From assembly GCA_038058635.1 (NCBI GenBank), contig JBBUAP010000001.1, forward strand, positions 94,157 through 158,156: 64,000 nt of DNA, given 5' to 3'. The position numbers were made by a program, and so were the translations under genes. Positions 18,625 through 29,303 of the stretch are shown here, in pieces. The DNA comes from Patescibacteria group bacterium (lineage in GTDB: Bacteria; Patescibacteriota; UBA1384; 2-12-FULL-50-11). Each line of letters opens with the position of its first letter. Position 1 is the first letter of the stretch. The notes under the pieces are model-generated. The model saw only the letters and a list, made by a program, of their open reading frames with translations. It did no database searches and had not been told where the DNA came from.

Positions 18625-18903
18625 ATGTCTTTAGAATCCCTTTCTAGTTTTATCCGACAACCGAACAAAGAAAATAGTTTTCATAAGATTTATCGGGCCC
18701 ATTTATTGCAAGAAAAGATGGTTGAGCTACTGGGAGCGGGGGTGACAGTGACAATTAAGGGCACAAATGTCCGCCTCTGGTGTGCCAGCGAACAGTTGGC
18801 CGTCCTGGCTCGACTCAAAAAAACCCGCCTGCTGGCTCAATGTCACCAAACCCTCGGCCAAGCCGACATCAAACTGTCAATAAGAGTTAAGCCCACTCGC
18901 TAG
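18625..18903 (+). CDS. DUF721/DciA-like small protein (assignment rests on synteny and a weak motif)
   Basis: Small gene directly after recF, where DUF721 usually sits. RLWCASEQLAVLARL resembles the DUF721 SxAWAxEL region. ATG 18625 preferred over TTG 18586. Confidence 0.4.
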   Translation: MSLESLSSFIRQPNKENSFHKIYRAHLLQEKMVELLGAGVTVTIKGTNVRLWCASEQLAVLARLKKTRLLAQCHQTLGQADIKLSIRVKPTR

Positions 18904-18925
18904 GATCGTCGTCAGGCTCGCTGGG

Positions 18926-19513
18926 CTAGAATACTTCGCCACTCTCTTCAATTGGAATAGTATCCGGAACTTTCTTGCTCCTTAACCAAGTCTTAATTGC
19001 GTCGAGAATGAAATCATGCTCTGCCTTGACGCTGGCTGGATCGTCCGGCGAAGAGAAGCGATAGTTTATCGTAGCGACTATTTTGACAATTTGTTTACCT
19101 TCAGCTGTATCGCCGACCTCGGCCCGTAAGCGATAATCACCATTTTGATACGGGAATAAAGAGAGATAAGGAACTTCCTGACTATTGTCGACGCTAGACT
19201 GGAGTCTTAAGCTGACGATCAAAATAGTTTTCTCCCCGTTCTTAAGATTAACTTCCTTAACAAGGCGTTCAGAATCTAAGCCCCAAACGGTAATATTTTG
19301 TTTTCCAGGACGAGTAATGATGGTAGAGGGTAACGGGTGAACGGTTTGATCTTTTTCTTTGCCCAGAGTTGCGACGACCTCTCTAGTAACCTCACTGGCT
19401 GGATCAAGCTTAATCTCTAGAGATGCTGTCCCTGAGGATGAATAAATAATAAAGCCAATTATTCCCAATAATATTACCACCGCTACGACTATAATGATTC
19501 GTCGCCTATTCAT
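18926..19513 (-). CDS. Hypothetical membrane-anchored protein; last gene of the T4SS-like block
   Basis: 195 aa with an N-terminal TM anchor (IIIVVAVVILLGIIGFIIY) and a soluble domain. No recognisable motifs. Confidence 0.5.
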   Translation of the reverse strand: MNRRRIIIVVAVVILLGIIGFIIYSSSGTASLEIKLDPASEVTREVVATLGKEKDQTVHPLPSTIITRPGKQNITVWGLDSERLVKEVNLKNGEKTILIVSLRLQSSVDNSQEVPYLSLFPYQNGDYRLRAEVGDTAEGKQIVKIVATINYRFSSPDDPASVKAEHDFILDAIKTWLRSKKVPDTIPIEESGEVF

Positions 19514-19517
19514 AGCT

Positions 19518-20234
19518 TCATTTTACAGTATTGACCGCCTCTGAAGCTGAACCGGTTTCGCAAGTTACTTGGTCTGGGACTAGAAGCTTAATAACATCGA
19601 GGCGCTTGTAGTACGGATTACCGTAGTTTGTATGCTTGTAGTTTCTATCCCAGCGTTGACCGCTCTCGTTGTACTGAATCGTCATTGCTTCGGCGTAGTG
19701 GTAAAACAATCGGGTGATAACATTTGCCCCCTTCGGAGTTGTGTAAGCTCCCTTGACGGCAATAGCGTTTTCTAGCGGACGCCAAACGTTAGCTAATTGG
19801 TATGGCCAGCCGCCGGCCTTGGCCGCCGCCGTTCTCCCGCTACTATAATGCTCGTACCCAAAAGCATCGTCTGGATTACCAAACTCTTGCTCACCCCACC
19901 ACACACCAATTATGACAGCTGGATTAAGGCCCCGTTTTTGCCCTTCGGTTAGAATATCTAAAATATTTGACTTGACTCTAGCAGCCCGAGGACCATACCT
20001 GGAGTTCTTGACTAGGGTAGCAATTACTTTTTCGGGATCGTCGGCAATCGAGGTGTCGGTAAAATACTTGTCTTCCAAATAGCAGCCAGTACCGTAACTG
20101 GGACCACTGGCGCCTGTTGGCTTATCGAGTTTTGGTAATTGGCCGAAGACGGCGTAGTAGACTATCGCAAACGAGAAGAAAATTAACGCTAGGATGGCAA
20201 TGATGATGGCGATAACCGCATTGCCATTACGCAT
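19518..20234 (-). CDS. Hypothetical membrane-anchored extracytoplasmic protein, possibly a cell-wall-active enzyme
   Basis: N-terminal TM anchor, then a soluble domain rich in Trp/Tyr/Gly (GVWWGEQEFGN). A function as a wall-active enzyme is inferred from context only. Confidence 0.45.
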   Translation of the reverse strand: MRNGNAVIAIIIAILALIFFSFAIVYYAVFGQLPKLDKPTGASGPSYGTGCYLEDKYFTDTSIADDPEKVIATLVKNSRYGPRAARVKSNILDILTEGQKRGLNPAVIIGVWWGEQEFGNPDDAFGYEHYSSGRTAAAKAGGWPYQLANVWRPLENAIAVKGAYTTPKGANVITRLFYHYAEAMTIQYNESGQRWDRNYKHTNYGNPYYKRLDVIKLLVPDQVTCETGSASEAVNTVK

Positions 20235-23200
20235 TAGAAGATTCCTCCAAAACCAACATGAACCCAATCGGTCGTTTTGGTGGACTTTTGGGAGAAACCG
20301 AGGCCGATTGTGTCGCTGTCAAGAGACCAGTCGCCGAAGGCGTCAACCATTCTGGGCTCGAAGAACTCGGCATTGGCCTGACGGTAGGTCAGCACCTGGA
20401 GCGGTTTGAAAGGCGATTCTCTCTGTTCGCCGTAAGCAAGCGTGGCATCGAGGAGTTTGCCGACATAGTAGCGCGACCAACCCATCCAGATTTTTTGGTT
20501 GTCGCCTTTGGTGAACGGTTGGGTGTCATCCCAATCGAACGGGTTTTGCCCGGGGCTGGGCGAACTCCGAATTTGGCTGATATCAGCCGGCAACTGATCG
20601 TATGGGACACCAAAATCAAACTGATCAGCGGCTGAGTCATATTCGCTGACACCGTAAAGCTCCTGCGGTGGCATTGGGCAGAGATACTCAACCTTATAGA
20701 CCCCAAACATGTAGATGGCGACGGCGATGTAGATACCGGTCGGGCCAAGCCCCAGGGCGTTGGCAATAAATCCTGTCACTAAAGCCTGCACGGTTCCGGG
20801 AGGGGCGGCGATCGCTTCGTCGGCCGAACCGAAAAACGCTTGACACTCCTTACAGGCACTTAACCCGAGCTCTATGGCAAACATAATCAATGCTGCCCGA
20901 GCGGCCGAAACATTGCTTCTAGCGTTAGTGACGGATAGCGCCCCTTCTTTACCAGCCTTGGCCGCAGTTAAAGCTTTCTGGGCGCCGGAGATGGTGGTGT
21001 AGAGTTTGTAGGCCTGATAAACCTTACCGGCCGGTAAGCCAAACTTTTTGTCACCCCACGAGCTTAAGCGGCTAATCAGAAAATCTTTACCTAAGTTGTC
21101 CAGCGACTCGACAAGAGTAATCTTTCCGGTCGCATCTTTCAGGTCTTTGGCAGTATTCCAGTTATTAACAGCCGCAAAGTAAAGCGATTTAGCTAGACCG
21201 CTCGGCAAACTACCGATATTGAGATTATCGTCTAACCAGTTGTCGAAGAAGCCCCACATCGCTCCGTATTTGTCGTTATTAGTAAAGAAGTCGCCCTGAC
21301 CCCGAGTCCGAGCGAATTGGTAGAAGCTACTGACAAAGGCGGTTGAGAATGATCCAAACGAGACACCCGACTGGCCAATGAGATTGAGAACAATTCGATC
21401 GGTTGTGGCTGGATCGATCTCACCTTCGTAGAGGGCTTTGAGCATGCCAGGCACATACAGCGGCGACAGTCGAACTAGCTCGGTATCGAGTTTGCCGAAA
21501 GCAAAATTCTGCAAGAGGGCACCGCGTTCGGCGGTCGTACCACTAAACATTGTTCGCGAAAACCCAACCGGAATAGACGAGTCGATCTTGCGCAGGAGCG
21601 AGTCGGACATGCGATACTCAATATTCTTCTGGGCCTCTTCCATTAGCTGTCCTCGGGCCTCTTTGTAGTCGGCAGCTGCCTGCTCTTCCGACTCACTGCT
21701 TATTACCCCAGCTTCGGCGTTATTCTCCGCTATCCTAGCGTAGATAACATCAGGGTTATCCATAATCAAGGCCCTCCTCATCTCGGCGTAAGTAAATTGG
21801 TCATTGGCCGGCATGAACTGGTTTATTTGCGGCAAAAGGGCAGCAAATGAAGTAGCGGCGATCGCTAGCCGCCAATCCCCAGTAATAAAGGCCTCGGCAT
21901 CGGTCCGAAACTCGATCGGGATACCGGTGGCCCGCAAGAAAAAGTCGCCAACACCATTCGAGACCCGGACATAGCTTTGCAGATTAGGGTCTGTTTCTAG
22001 CCGTTGTAGTTGGTATTTTTGTTCGGCAGTTAGTTTGTCTGGGCTAATAAGTTTTAACCGAGCGTACTCTTGGCGTTGGCGCTCTAACAGTTCCTGTTCC
22101 TCGGTCGTGCCAGTACGATTGTAGAGACCCTTAACTTGCTCGGCCAAGCGTTCAAAATCTTCAAAGTTATAGCCGTCCAAATTGACACCGATTGATTGTC
22201 CGACCATGCGCAGACCCTGATCGAGGAGCAAGTTAGCGCCGGTGCCAGTGCCGGGAGCAATAATATATTGCAGGAAAGAATCTTTACTAAAGTTGGCCTT
22301 GCCGTCAACCGACCGACCCATTAAGCGGTTGATTACCGCGACACCGGTTTCAATCTCCTCTAGTGTTTGATCGTCACCGCCCTTAATTACCTTAATCAAG
22401 GCATTAATTTCGGTGGAACTAAGCTTGAACTGGTCGCTAATGCCAAAATAGTCATAGATTTTATCGGCCGTAAAACCTTCGAGTGAACCTTGAGTGGCCT
22501 TGGTTGCTAGTTGTTTGGTACTAATTTTGTCCTGGAGATAAGAGGCAACGGTGCCAATTGGTGTCCCGAGGGCGATATCGAGCGACCGCCAACCAGTAGT
22601 ATTGGTCTCATCTGCCCAGAAAGTTTCATCACCCATCAACTCGGTTAATGTTTGGCTACTGTTGAGGTGGAAAATTCGATAACCCTGGCTCGGGTCGATC
22701 CCGTTGGCGCCGTAAAAGAGAGTTCGGGCCGAATCATTAGCCCGTAGTTTTTCTTGTGAAATGCCGAGTCGTTCGGCCAAAACGGCGTAGCCGTAGTTTT
22801 CTGGAATATTGCCTTTAAGCGAGACATTTTGATCTTTCAGTCCCAAGGTGGTACTGACATAGTTGGCGAAGATCTCCTGGGTGGCGTCGGCCAGCTTTTT
22901 ATCGCCGTTGATCACAGCAAAAGTACTGCCGGCGTTCCAACCGAAGGCCTTGTCCACCTGGACGCCGCCTAATTTCTCGGCCAGAATTAGGTTTTTGCCG
23001 TCAAATAAGCTCGATAAATCGGCGGGGATAATTTGGGAAGAGGGGTCCTTGATACTGTATTCCTTATTGATAAAAGCGGCGATCTCAGGGCCGTGTTTGT
23101 TAACGAAACTCTTGATATCAACCTTGCCCTTGCTCAGGTTATTGTCGTCAACGCCGATCTGGACGCCCATTGTCGAGGCGCCAACAGTATTAGTAACATC

Positions 23201-24775
23201 GCCAAGCTTAACTTCCTTTTTAGGGTTAAGGAGGTCGTCTAATATCGGCTTGGTTAAGCCGGAATACTTACCTTTCACAGCTTTCTTGGCAGCTTCCCGA
23301 ACCATCGCCAGCCCGAAAGTCTTTAAAGAATCTTGGGACTCCTTCTGCTTCTTGGGGTCGGCTGAGAACATATTCTTCAAATCTTCGGTGCCGATGGTGT
23401 TGCCGGTCGGGGCGCCGTCGAGCTTAACTTCGCTCGGAGTCTTCTTCTCGGTAACGGCTTTCTCAAGCAGGGCCTTTTGGTCGCTCGGCAACTTGAGGGC
23501 GTCGGAAAGAACATTCACCCCAGCCATCTTCAGACCCTTGGCGTCTTTCTTCTTCAAGGTATCAACGGTGCCGATCATTAAGTTCAAGCCATCGTCCGAG
23601 CGGCCGAATTTGTCTAAAACGGCTCTGATCGTCTCACTATTCATTGCGTCGTCGAGGGTGTGCTTGTCGAAGTAGCCGTTGGGAATGCCGAGCGATGTTT
23701 CCAGGTGTCGCTTGCCGGTCGCCTCTAAGATGTTGTCCCAGCCGTAGCCCCGCAAACTACCAGCGGGAAGATTCAATCCTTGCTCAACCCGACTCTTGGC
23801 GAAAGCGACTCGGGCGTCCTCATCGTAGTCGCCGGTGGCAATGCCCGTTGGCAAGCCCGGTAGCGATCGTTCCAGGACGGCGCCGCCGAGGGTGTGAAGT
23901 AGGCCGTCGGCCAACGGGTCGCTCAAGACTTGGTTGACGCCGAAGGTTTTTAAGTAAATATTAGCGCCGACATAGCTGACGATAGTTTTTAGGTCCATCC
24001 CTTTGACATACTCGATGTAATAATCCATCTCCCCCGATTGATTTAGGTAAGCGGCAATACTTTGAGCGCCCATTTCGCCGGAAGCGCCCAAAATACTCTG
24101 GGCAGTCGGGGTGGGATTACTCTTAACACCCTCGACGCTCTGCCAAGCGACTTTGACTGGCATGGGCTTTTGCCACCGAGTTGTGGAGCCGCCGATGTGG
24201 CGTTTCTCGACCAACTTACAGACAACTGAACCAACCTCCGAAATATCGAGAGCCTGGCCGCGGTTATGGCCGGAAACAATATCACCTTCGTCAGTAATCG
24301 CCTGGGTGCCCTCACGGTCGAACCTACCAGCGCCTTCAGAAGTGTAGTTTTTCAAAATCCGATTGACTTTAATATGATCAAAACCGTAGCCGCCTTGCTC
24401 AACCGGTAAGACTAGCTGTAGCAGGTAATCAGTCGTTCGAATATCGACCTTACCATCTTTGAGTTGATTTATATCGTCGGGAGAAATCTCCAAATTGCCT
24501 TCGATTTCATTGATAGCTTGCAGGTCGTAAGTACTCTGAACCTGGAATTGGCCTGGCTCAGCAGTTGGTTCATCGGGTGAAATCCAGTCAGAAGGGTAAT
24601 AATCCGTTTCTGGATAGGTTGCTACATCAACCTCTGTCAAATCTTCCTCTTGCTTATCTGTTTGGGCATAAGCACGGGGTAGAGGCCCCATGCTGAAACC
24701 GGCGGCCACCATCGGTTGGAGAATAATTATCATGGTAGAGAGAAGGATCTTTAGTCTAAATCCGGGGCTTCTCAT
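20234..24775 (-). CDS. Giant secreted/surface protein (1513 aa) within the T4SS-like block
   Basis: Uninterrupted 4.5-kb ORF with an N-terminal signal peptide (MIIILQPMVAAGFSMGPLPRAYAQ) and a hydrophobic segment near the C-terminus. Translationally coupled to its neighbours. Confidence 0.7.
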   Translation of the reverse strand: MRSPGFRLKILLSTMIIILQPMVAAGFSMGPLPRAYAQTDKQEEDLTEVDVATYPETDYYPSDWISPDEPTAEPGQFQVQSTYDLQAINEIEGNLEISPDDINQLKDGKVDIRTTDYLLQLVLPVEQGGYGFDHIKVNRILKNYTSEGAGRFDREGTQAITDEGDIVSGHNRGQALDISEVGSVVCKLVEKRHIGGSTTRWQKPMPVKVAWQSVEGVKSNPTPTAQSILGASGEMGAQSIAAYLNQSGEMDYYIEYVKGMDLKTIVSYVGANIYLKTFGVNQVLSDPLADGLLHTLGGAVLERSLPGLPTGIATGDYDEDARVAFAKSRVEQGLNLPAGSLRGYGWDNILEATGKRHLETSLGIPNGYFDKHTLDDAMNSETIRAVLDKFGRSDDGLNLMIGTVDTLKKKDAKGLKMAGVNVLSDALKLPSDQKALLEKAVTEKKTPSEVKLDGAPTGNTIGTEDLKNMFSADPKKQKESQDSLKTFGLAMVREAAKKAVKGKYSGLTKPILDDLLNPKKEVKLGDVTNTVGASTMGVQIGVDDNNLSKGKVDIKSFVNKHGPEIAAFINKEYSIKDPSSQIIPADLSSLFDGKNLILAEKLGGVQVDKAFGWNAGSTFAVINGDKKLADATQEIFANYVSTTLGLKDQNVSLKGNIPENYGYAVLAERLGISQEKLRANDSARTLFYGANGIDPSQGYRIFHLNSSQTLTELMGDETFWADETNTTGWRSLDIALGTPIGTVASYLQDKISTKQLATKATQGSLEGFTADKIYDYFGISDQFKLSSTEINALIKVIKGGDDQTLEEIETGVAVINRLMGRSVDGKANFSKDSFLQYIIAPGTGTGANLLLDQGLRMVGQSIGVNLDGYNFEDFERLAEQVKGLYNRTGTTEEQELLERQRQEYARLKLISPDKLTAEQKYQLQRLETDPNLQSYVRVSNGVGDFFLRATGIPIEFRTDAEAFITGDWRLAIAATSFAALLPQINQFMPANDQFTYAEMRRALIMDNPDVIYARIAENNAEAGVISSESEEQAAADYKEARGQLMEEAQKNIEYRMSDSLLRKIDSSIPVGFSRTMFSGTTAERGALLQNFAFGKLDTELVRLSPLYVPGMLKALYEGEIDPATTDRIVLNLIGQSGVSFGSFSTAFVSSFYQFARTRGQGDFFTNNDKYGAMWGFFDNWLDDNLNIGSLPSGLAKSLYFAAVNNWNTAKDLKDATGKITLVESLDNLGKDFLISRLSSWGDKKFGLPAGKVYQAYKLYTTISGAQKALTAAKAGKEGALSVTNARSNVSAARAALIMFAIELGLSACKECQAFFGSADEAIAAPPGTVQALVTGFIANALGLGPTGIYIAVAIYMFGVYKVEYLCPMPPQELYGVSEYDSAADQFDFGVPYDQLPADISQIRSSPSPGQNPFDWDDTQPFTKGDNQKIWMGWSRYYVGKLLDATLAYGEQRESPFKPLQVLTYRQANAEFFEPRMVDAFGDWSLDSDTIGLGFSQKSTKTTDWVHVGFGGIF

Positions 24776-26106
24776 AAGTCACTTCCATATCTTTTGGCAC
24801 CATTGAAGACAATACAACTACTTCGGCTTGCAGCCCCCCGCCTTCTTATTTGTGGCGGTGGAGTTCCGTCCTTCCCACCGGAGCTATTATCAATTGCTTC
24901 ATCTCCTCCGATGTAAAATCCGATATGATCAAATAGAACCGAACCTCCCTTAGAGCAGCTACCGTCCCCCCAGAATATAATATCACCAACCTGAAGCTTG
25001 CTCTTATTCTGGTTGTAGTAACCGGCACTTTTAATGTCCGGACGACTAACAACTATCTTATAAAATGGTCGTCTCCAAATGCCATCAACACCGGCTTCGA
25101 TTGGATTAGGTATGCCTGCGTTCTGCAAGACCGTTGAAACGAAAGAGGCGCAGGCAACTCGACCGCCGGCCTTAGTGATGGTACAAAAATTACCACTTGC
25201 CTGACCGACTTGATCTTTGGCCTCTTTGGCGATCCATTCTCCAAACGGTAAAGTTGAGTCCAGCGCTTGAATTTTACTTATCGCCTCCCCAAGCTGTTTC
25301 TTTTTCGCTTCTCCGGATAAGTTGATCCCCGATTCGATGGTTAATAGAATCTCCTTAACTTTTAACCTGACTTCCGCGACCCGTTCGGGTTTTGTTGCCC
25401 CAACATTTTTAAGCACAAAGTCATAACGCTCTTTCTCGGTCGCCAAAACTTTTTCGGTAACTTTCCGTCCCGAAAGGACGAAATCTCCTCCAATTGATGC
25501 CACCAGAGTTGTCTGATCGGTCTGCGCTTGAGTAGTCGGATACTGCGGGCTGCCCTTACCGCCGAGCAAGCCAAGAGGGATGGCGATGAGTAATAGTAGT
25601 CCGGCGATGATACACACAATCCAAGTCCAGAACTTTTTGTTAGTCAGCAACTTTTTAATATCTAATGCGATTAGAACTTCGCCTAAAATCGGAATTAGCC
25701 GGGCACCGAGCTTGCCACCGACCTTCAAACCGGCCCTTCCTACATCTTCGGCAAGTTCTTTCCCGACACCTTTGGCAACTGGCTGGCCGGCACCACTAAG
25801 AGGGGGAACTTTCTTGAGATTTTTAGCCCCTTCGATACCCGGCTCTATCATCCCGGCCTTATCGGCACTGCGGGCGCCGAGTTTTCCTTTGACCTTACCG
25901 TAAGTCCCTTTAGCGTTATCGAACTGACTTTTTAGGCCTCGCCTCCGACCGATGACATTTTGCTGCGGAGCTCCCTGTTGGTCATCTGGCAGCCCGGGTT
26001 CGGTCGGCGGTCCGTCGTAACCCAAATCGCTTAACAGGTCGCGATCGGGATCAAACCCGTCTGGTTGGACCTCTGGTAATTGCTCTGGATAAAGTACTTC
26101 TGGCAT
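24772..26106 (-). CDS. Membrane-anchored NlpC/P60- or CHAP-like cell-wall hydrolase, a functional analogue of VirB1/PrgK/TcpG
   Basis: C-terminal domain has a Cys...His papain-like arrangement (GNFCTITKAGGRVACASFVSTVLQNAG ... GDIIFWGD ... FDHIGFYIGG). A central TM segment and a Pro/Gly-rich N-region. Confidence 0.6.
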   Translation of the reverse strand: MPEVLYPEQLPEVQPDGFDPDRDLLSDLGYDGPPTEPGLPDDQQGAPQQNVIGRRRGLKSQFDNAKGTYGKVKGKLGARSADKAGMIEPGIEGAKNLKKVPPLSGAGQPVAKGVGKELAEDVGRAGLKVGGKLGARLIPILGEVLIALDIKKLLTNKKFWTWIVCIIAGLLLLIAIPLGLLGGKGSPQYPTTQAQTDQTTLVASIGGDFVLSGRKVTEKVLATEKERYDFVLKNVGATKPERVAEVRLKVKEILLTIESGINLSGEAKKKQLGEAISKIQALDSTLPFGEWIAKEAKDQVGQASGNFCTITKAGGRVACASFVSTVLQNAGIPNPIEAGVDGIWRRPFYKIVVSRPDIKSAGYYNQNKSKLQVGDIIFWGDGSCSKGGSVLFDHIGFYIGGDEAIDNSSGGKDGTPPPQIRRRGAASRSSCIVFNGAKRYGSDL

Positions 26107-26185
26107 TTATTTAGTAATTTTGTAACTTCGAGTGAAGTGAGAAGCGAGTGTTAGTGACATTCAGTAATTTCGTAATTTTTCTCCA

Positions 26186-28873
26186 CTACGCTTCTTGCCC
26201 GAACATACTTAAAATCTGCTCGGGATTGGTGGTGATGAACTGATCTTCTGTGTACGAGGCGATGATTTGGATTGCCGCCCGATCTACTCCAGCAACAAGT
26301 AATCCCTGACCAACATCGGCTGTTTGCAAGAACTGCTTTTCGCCGTCGGTCAGTTTGAAAACCGAAGCCAATTTATCAACCGCGGTTGGCGATTGACCGA
26401 GCAACAACTGGGTGGCGGAGTTGGAAACAATCGCCTTGCCGTAGGCGTTGTCGATAAAGTCCTCAACATCTTGACTGATGACGGTGACACCCAGGAAGTA
26501 CTTGCGAGCTCGCTTGGTCATCGCGTTTAAGAATTTGGCGGTGTCTTCAAAACGCATCATCCACCAGGCCTCGTCGATAATTAGTAATCGTTTTTTCAAT
26601 TGACCCTTGACCCGAGCCCAGATGTAATTCAAAACCAAATACATCGCTAGCGGTCGCAACTCGTCTTCCATATTGCGAATCGAAAAAACAGTAAACTTGT
26701 TGGTTAGGTCAATGTTGGTCGGTGAATCGAACAAGTTAGAGAATGAACCCTCACTGAATTTGACGAGCCGGTTAACCAACTGTTCCGCCCCAGTCATATT
26801 CGATAAGACGCTGACTAAATCGGCCAACAGCGGTGGCGGATTATTTTGAGTGGCTGGATCGATCGAGATGTCCTTCATAGCGTAGGTTTCATAGAGGGCT
26901 TTGTCGAGCAAGGCGTCTTCCTCGGCGTTCAAACCTGCAGCCATCAAACTAATCAAACCATGTAAACCAGCAATGGTGGTGCGCAAAACATCTTCACCGG
27001 CTTCAGCCGAATCAGCTGAGACATATTTCGGTAGGTCGAACGGGTTAATCTTCTGGGCGGAGTTGAGCGAGATGTCGATGTAGGTGCCACCGATAGTTTG
27101 CGACAGAGTTTCGTACTCCCGTTCTGGGTCGACGACGATTACTTCAGCACCGAGCATCAGCGTTCGCAAGGCCTCAAGCTTAACGGCGTAAGATTTACCG
27201 GAGCCGGATTTAGCAAAGACAACCTGGTTGGCATTCTCCATTTGGAAGCGATCGAACAGCACCAGCGAGCTGTTGTGCAAATTGATGCCGTACAAAACGC
27301 CGTCGTGATGCGACAAATCCTGGCTGGAGAAGGGGAAGGTGGTCGAGAGCGAGTCGGTGTCAAGGTTGCGGACAATCTGGAGCTCGTCGTAGGCCAAAGG
27401 CATCGTCGTCGAGAAACCCTCCTCCATTTGCAACAAGGCCGGCTTGGAGTAAACCAGCATCCCGCCGAGCGTCGTCTCGATTTGTTTGGTGAGCGTTTGC
27501 AAATCTTCCGGAGTCTTAGCGTAGATAGTGAAGTAAAGCGAGTACTGAAAGAGACGAGTCTCACCTTTCTGGAGGGTGTCCCGCAGCTCTTCAACATCGC
27601 CGATGGCTGTTTCTAGCTCGGGGTTACGAACCAAGCCCTTCTCTTGCTCAATTTGCAAGCTTGATTGCAACTGGGTTGTCTTGCGGCGCAACTGGTTCAT
27701 CACCAACGCCGATTCGAGCGGGTAGATAAACATCGAAACATCGATGGTGGCGTCAAAGTTGTAAATTGGGCTCAACCAGCCGGAGTACAGATAGCGCGGA
27801 TAGGTAAAGACGAACATCGTCCGGGCGTAGAACGAGCCGATCTGTAGATAACTTGGGCTAATCGCCATACCGGCCGGCGCGATAATATCAAGGACATCGG
27901 CCAGGCCTTTTTTGAAGATATCCATCTCGGTGTCGGCCGCTGATTTAGCATCTTTGGGATTGATCGAAGCCATAATTTCACTCAAGGATTTTTTCTTGGT
28001 CGTCACCGGCGCGATATCAGCACTTAGTGGCGCGCCTGGAGGTGGGGTTTCCTTAGTCGGGGGTAAAACTGACGGCATCTCTTTGGTTGGCGCCAGCTCG
28101 CCAGCTTGAGCGGCTTTAATGACATCGGTGACGACATTAGTGACCTGGTCGTCGTTCGGGCCTTTTTTGATGACCGAGCCGGTCAGCTGTTCGATATCCT
28201 CGATGTGCTGGGTTGTCGATTCCTCGGGGTTGTAGGTGTTGTAATAGAGCTCGATCAGCTCGGCCGAGCCGAGTTTTTTGGCCTGAATGCCGAGCGATTC
28301 TAGCCGGCCGGTGACGATCTGGGTTTTTTCTTCCAGCTGAGCCCTCAGCGCTTCGAACTCTTGGACGGTGTAAACGGTCTCCTTGTTTTTCTTGCCGCCG
28401 AGCAATTTGTCCATCCAGGTTTGTTTAGTGGTCGAAACGCCGGGATTTTTGTTGTGGGGGACGATGACGAAGTACGACCGATCCATAATATTGACCTCGG
28501 CCGAGAGGCGTTGGATAAAGTCGATGTAATCGGAAATCTGAACCTTAATCAGTTCGTTGGTTTCGTCAACGCCGATGGCCTGGAGCTTGGCGATGTAGCG
28601 ACTCAAATCAACCCTGCGACCCTGAATAACAATCTGGAAAGGAAATTTGAGGGCGTTCAAGAAACTACGATACTGATAGATAACGGCGTCTTGCTCTTTT
28701 TGGCTTCGCAGCTCGATTGAAACCGGCTTAACTTTAACGACTTGTCTGATTGAGCCGTCGTTCAAGACGACAACATCGTCGCGTATCTCCGAAATCGCCA
28801 CATACTGTTGGGTCGACGAAGGATTCGATTTACTGCCACCAGGTTTTTTTCGCGCTACTTTTTTGTCAAACAT
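26186..28873 (-). CDS. virB4: VirB4/TrbE/CagE-family type IV secretion ATPase
   Basis: Walker A FAKSGSGKSY, Walker B LLIIDEAWWMM, a VirB4-like N-terminal domain and a size of 895 aa. Confidence 0.9.
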   Translation of the reverse strand: MFDKKVARKKPGGSKSNPSSTQQYVAISEIRDDVVVLNDGSIRQVVKVKPVSIELRSQKEQDAVIYQYRSFLNALKFPFQIVIQGRRVDLSRYIAKLQAIGVDETNELIKVQISDYIDFIQRLSAEVNIMDRSYFVIVPHNKNPGVSTTKQTWMDKLLGGKKNKETVYTVQEFEALRAQLEEKTQIVTGRLESLGIQAKKLGSAELIELYYNTYNPEESTTQHIEDIEQLTGSVIKKGPNDDQVTNVVTDVIKAAQAGELAPTKEMPSVLPPTKETPPPGAPLSADIAPVTTKKKSLSEIMASINPKDAKSAADTEMDIFKKGLADVLDIIAPAGMAISPSYLQIGSFYARTMFVFTYPRYLYSGWLSPIYNFDATIDVSMFIYPLESALVMNQLRRKTTQLQSSLQIEQEKGLVRNPELETAIGDVEELRDTLQKGETRLFQYSLYFTIYAKTPEDLQTLTKQIETTLGGMLVYSKPALLQMEEGFSTTMPLAYDELQIVRNLDTDSLSTTFPFSSQDLSHHDGVLYGINLHNSSLVLFDRFQMENANQVVFAKSGSGKSYAVKLEALRTLMLGAEVIVVDPEREYETLSQTIGGTYIDISLNSAQKINPFDLPKYVSADSAEAGEDVLRTTIAGLHGLISLMAAGLNAEEDALLDKALYETYAMKDISIDPATQNNPPPLLADLVSVLSNMTGAEQLVNRLVKFSEGSFSNLFDSPTNIDLTNKFTVFSIRNMEDELRPLAMYLVLNYIWARVKGQLKKRLLIIDEAWWMMRFEDTAKFLNAMTKRARKYFLGVTVISQDVEDFIDNAYGKAIVSNSATQLLLGQSPTAVDKLASVFKLTDGEKQFLQTADVGQGLLVAGVDRAAIQIIASYTEDQFITTNPEQILSMFGQEA

Positions 28874-29303
28874 CTTTATTCTTGAATCCTGAATCTTGAA
28901 GCTCTTCCCCCTGTTGATTATCTAATATCCCCACAATATCCCGTACCCGAGCTTTATCGAAATCTTTGTGCGGTGCCTCAACTTTTTCCTCCTCCTTGAC
29001 GACGATGTGGGTCGAGCGCTGGTAGCCGCCCTTCTGCCAGACACGGGTTCGGGGATGTTGTAGATAGCGCACCAAGGAACCGAGGAAATAAATAAACGGC
29101 CGATCTTGAACCTTAATAAAAGCCAAGGCAAACGAGAGTAAGCCGACGGGAATAGCGATCAGCCAATACAACGGCCGCAGAAAACTTCCAGCGGTCCAGT
29201 CATTAAGCAAATAGATAAACAGCCCACCAAAAAGTAGATAGAAAAACTGCACCAAGGTCAAAGGTCCAATGACCTTGTCTTGCATGTCGATGTTCTGTGG
29301 CAC
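28866..29303 (-). CDS. VirB3/PrgI-like small two-TM membrane protein
   Basis: 145 aa with two hydrophobic helices. Sits immediately upstream of virB4 and overlaps it by 8 nt; assignment is by context. Confidence 0.45.
   Translation of the reverse strand: MPQNIDMQDKVIGPLTLVQFFYLLFGGLFIYLLNDWTAGSFLRPLYWLIAIPVGLLSFALAFIKVQDRPFIYFLGSLVRYLQHPRTRVWQKGGYQRSTHIVVKEEEKVEAPHKDFDKARVRDIVGILDNQQGEELQDSGFKNKDV

Noticed and set aside
22863-23675. A 270-aa plus-strand ORF, and several 60-125-aa ORFs on both strands, inside the 1513-aa giant gene
   Set aside because: They lie antisense to or out of frame with a long uninterrupted coding frame. The compositions are low complexity and typical of shadow ORFs, with no start context.
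27098-27616. Plus-strand ORFs of 172 and 146 aa overlapping virB4
   Set aside because: Shadow frames of a well-supported VirB4 gene.
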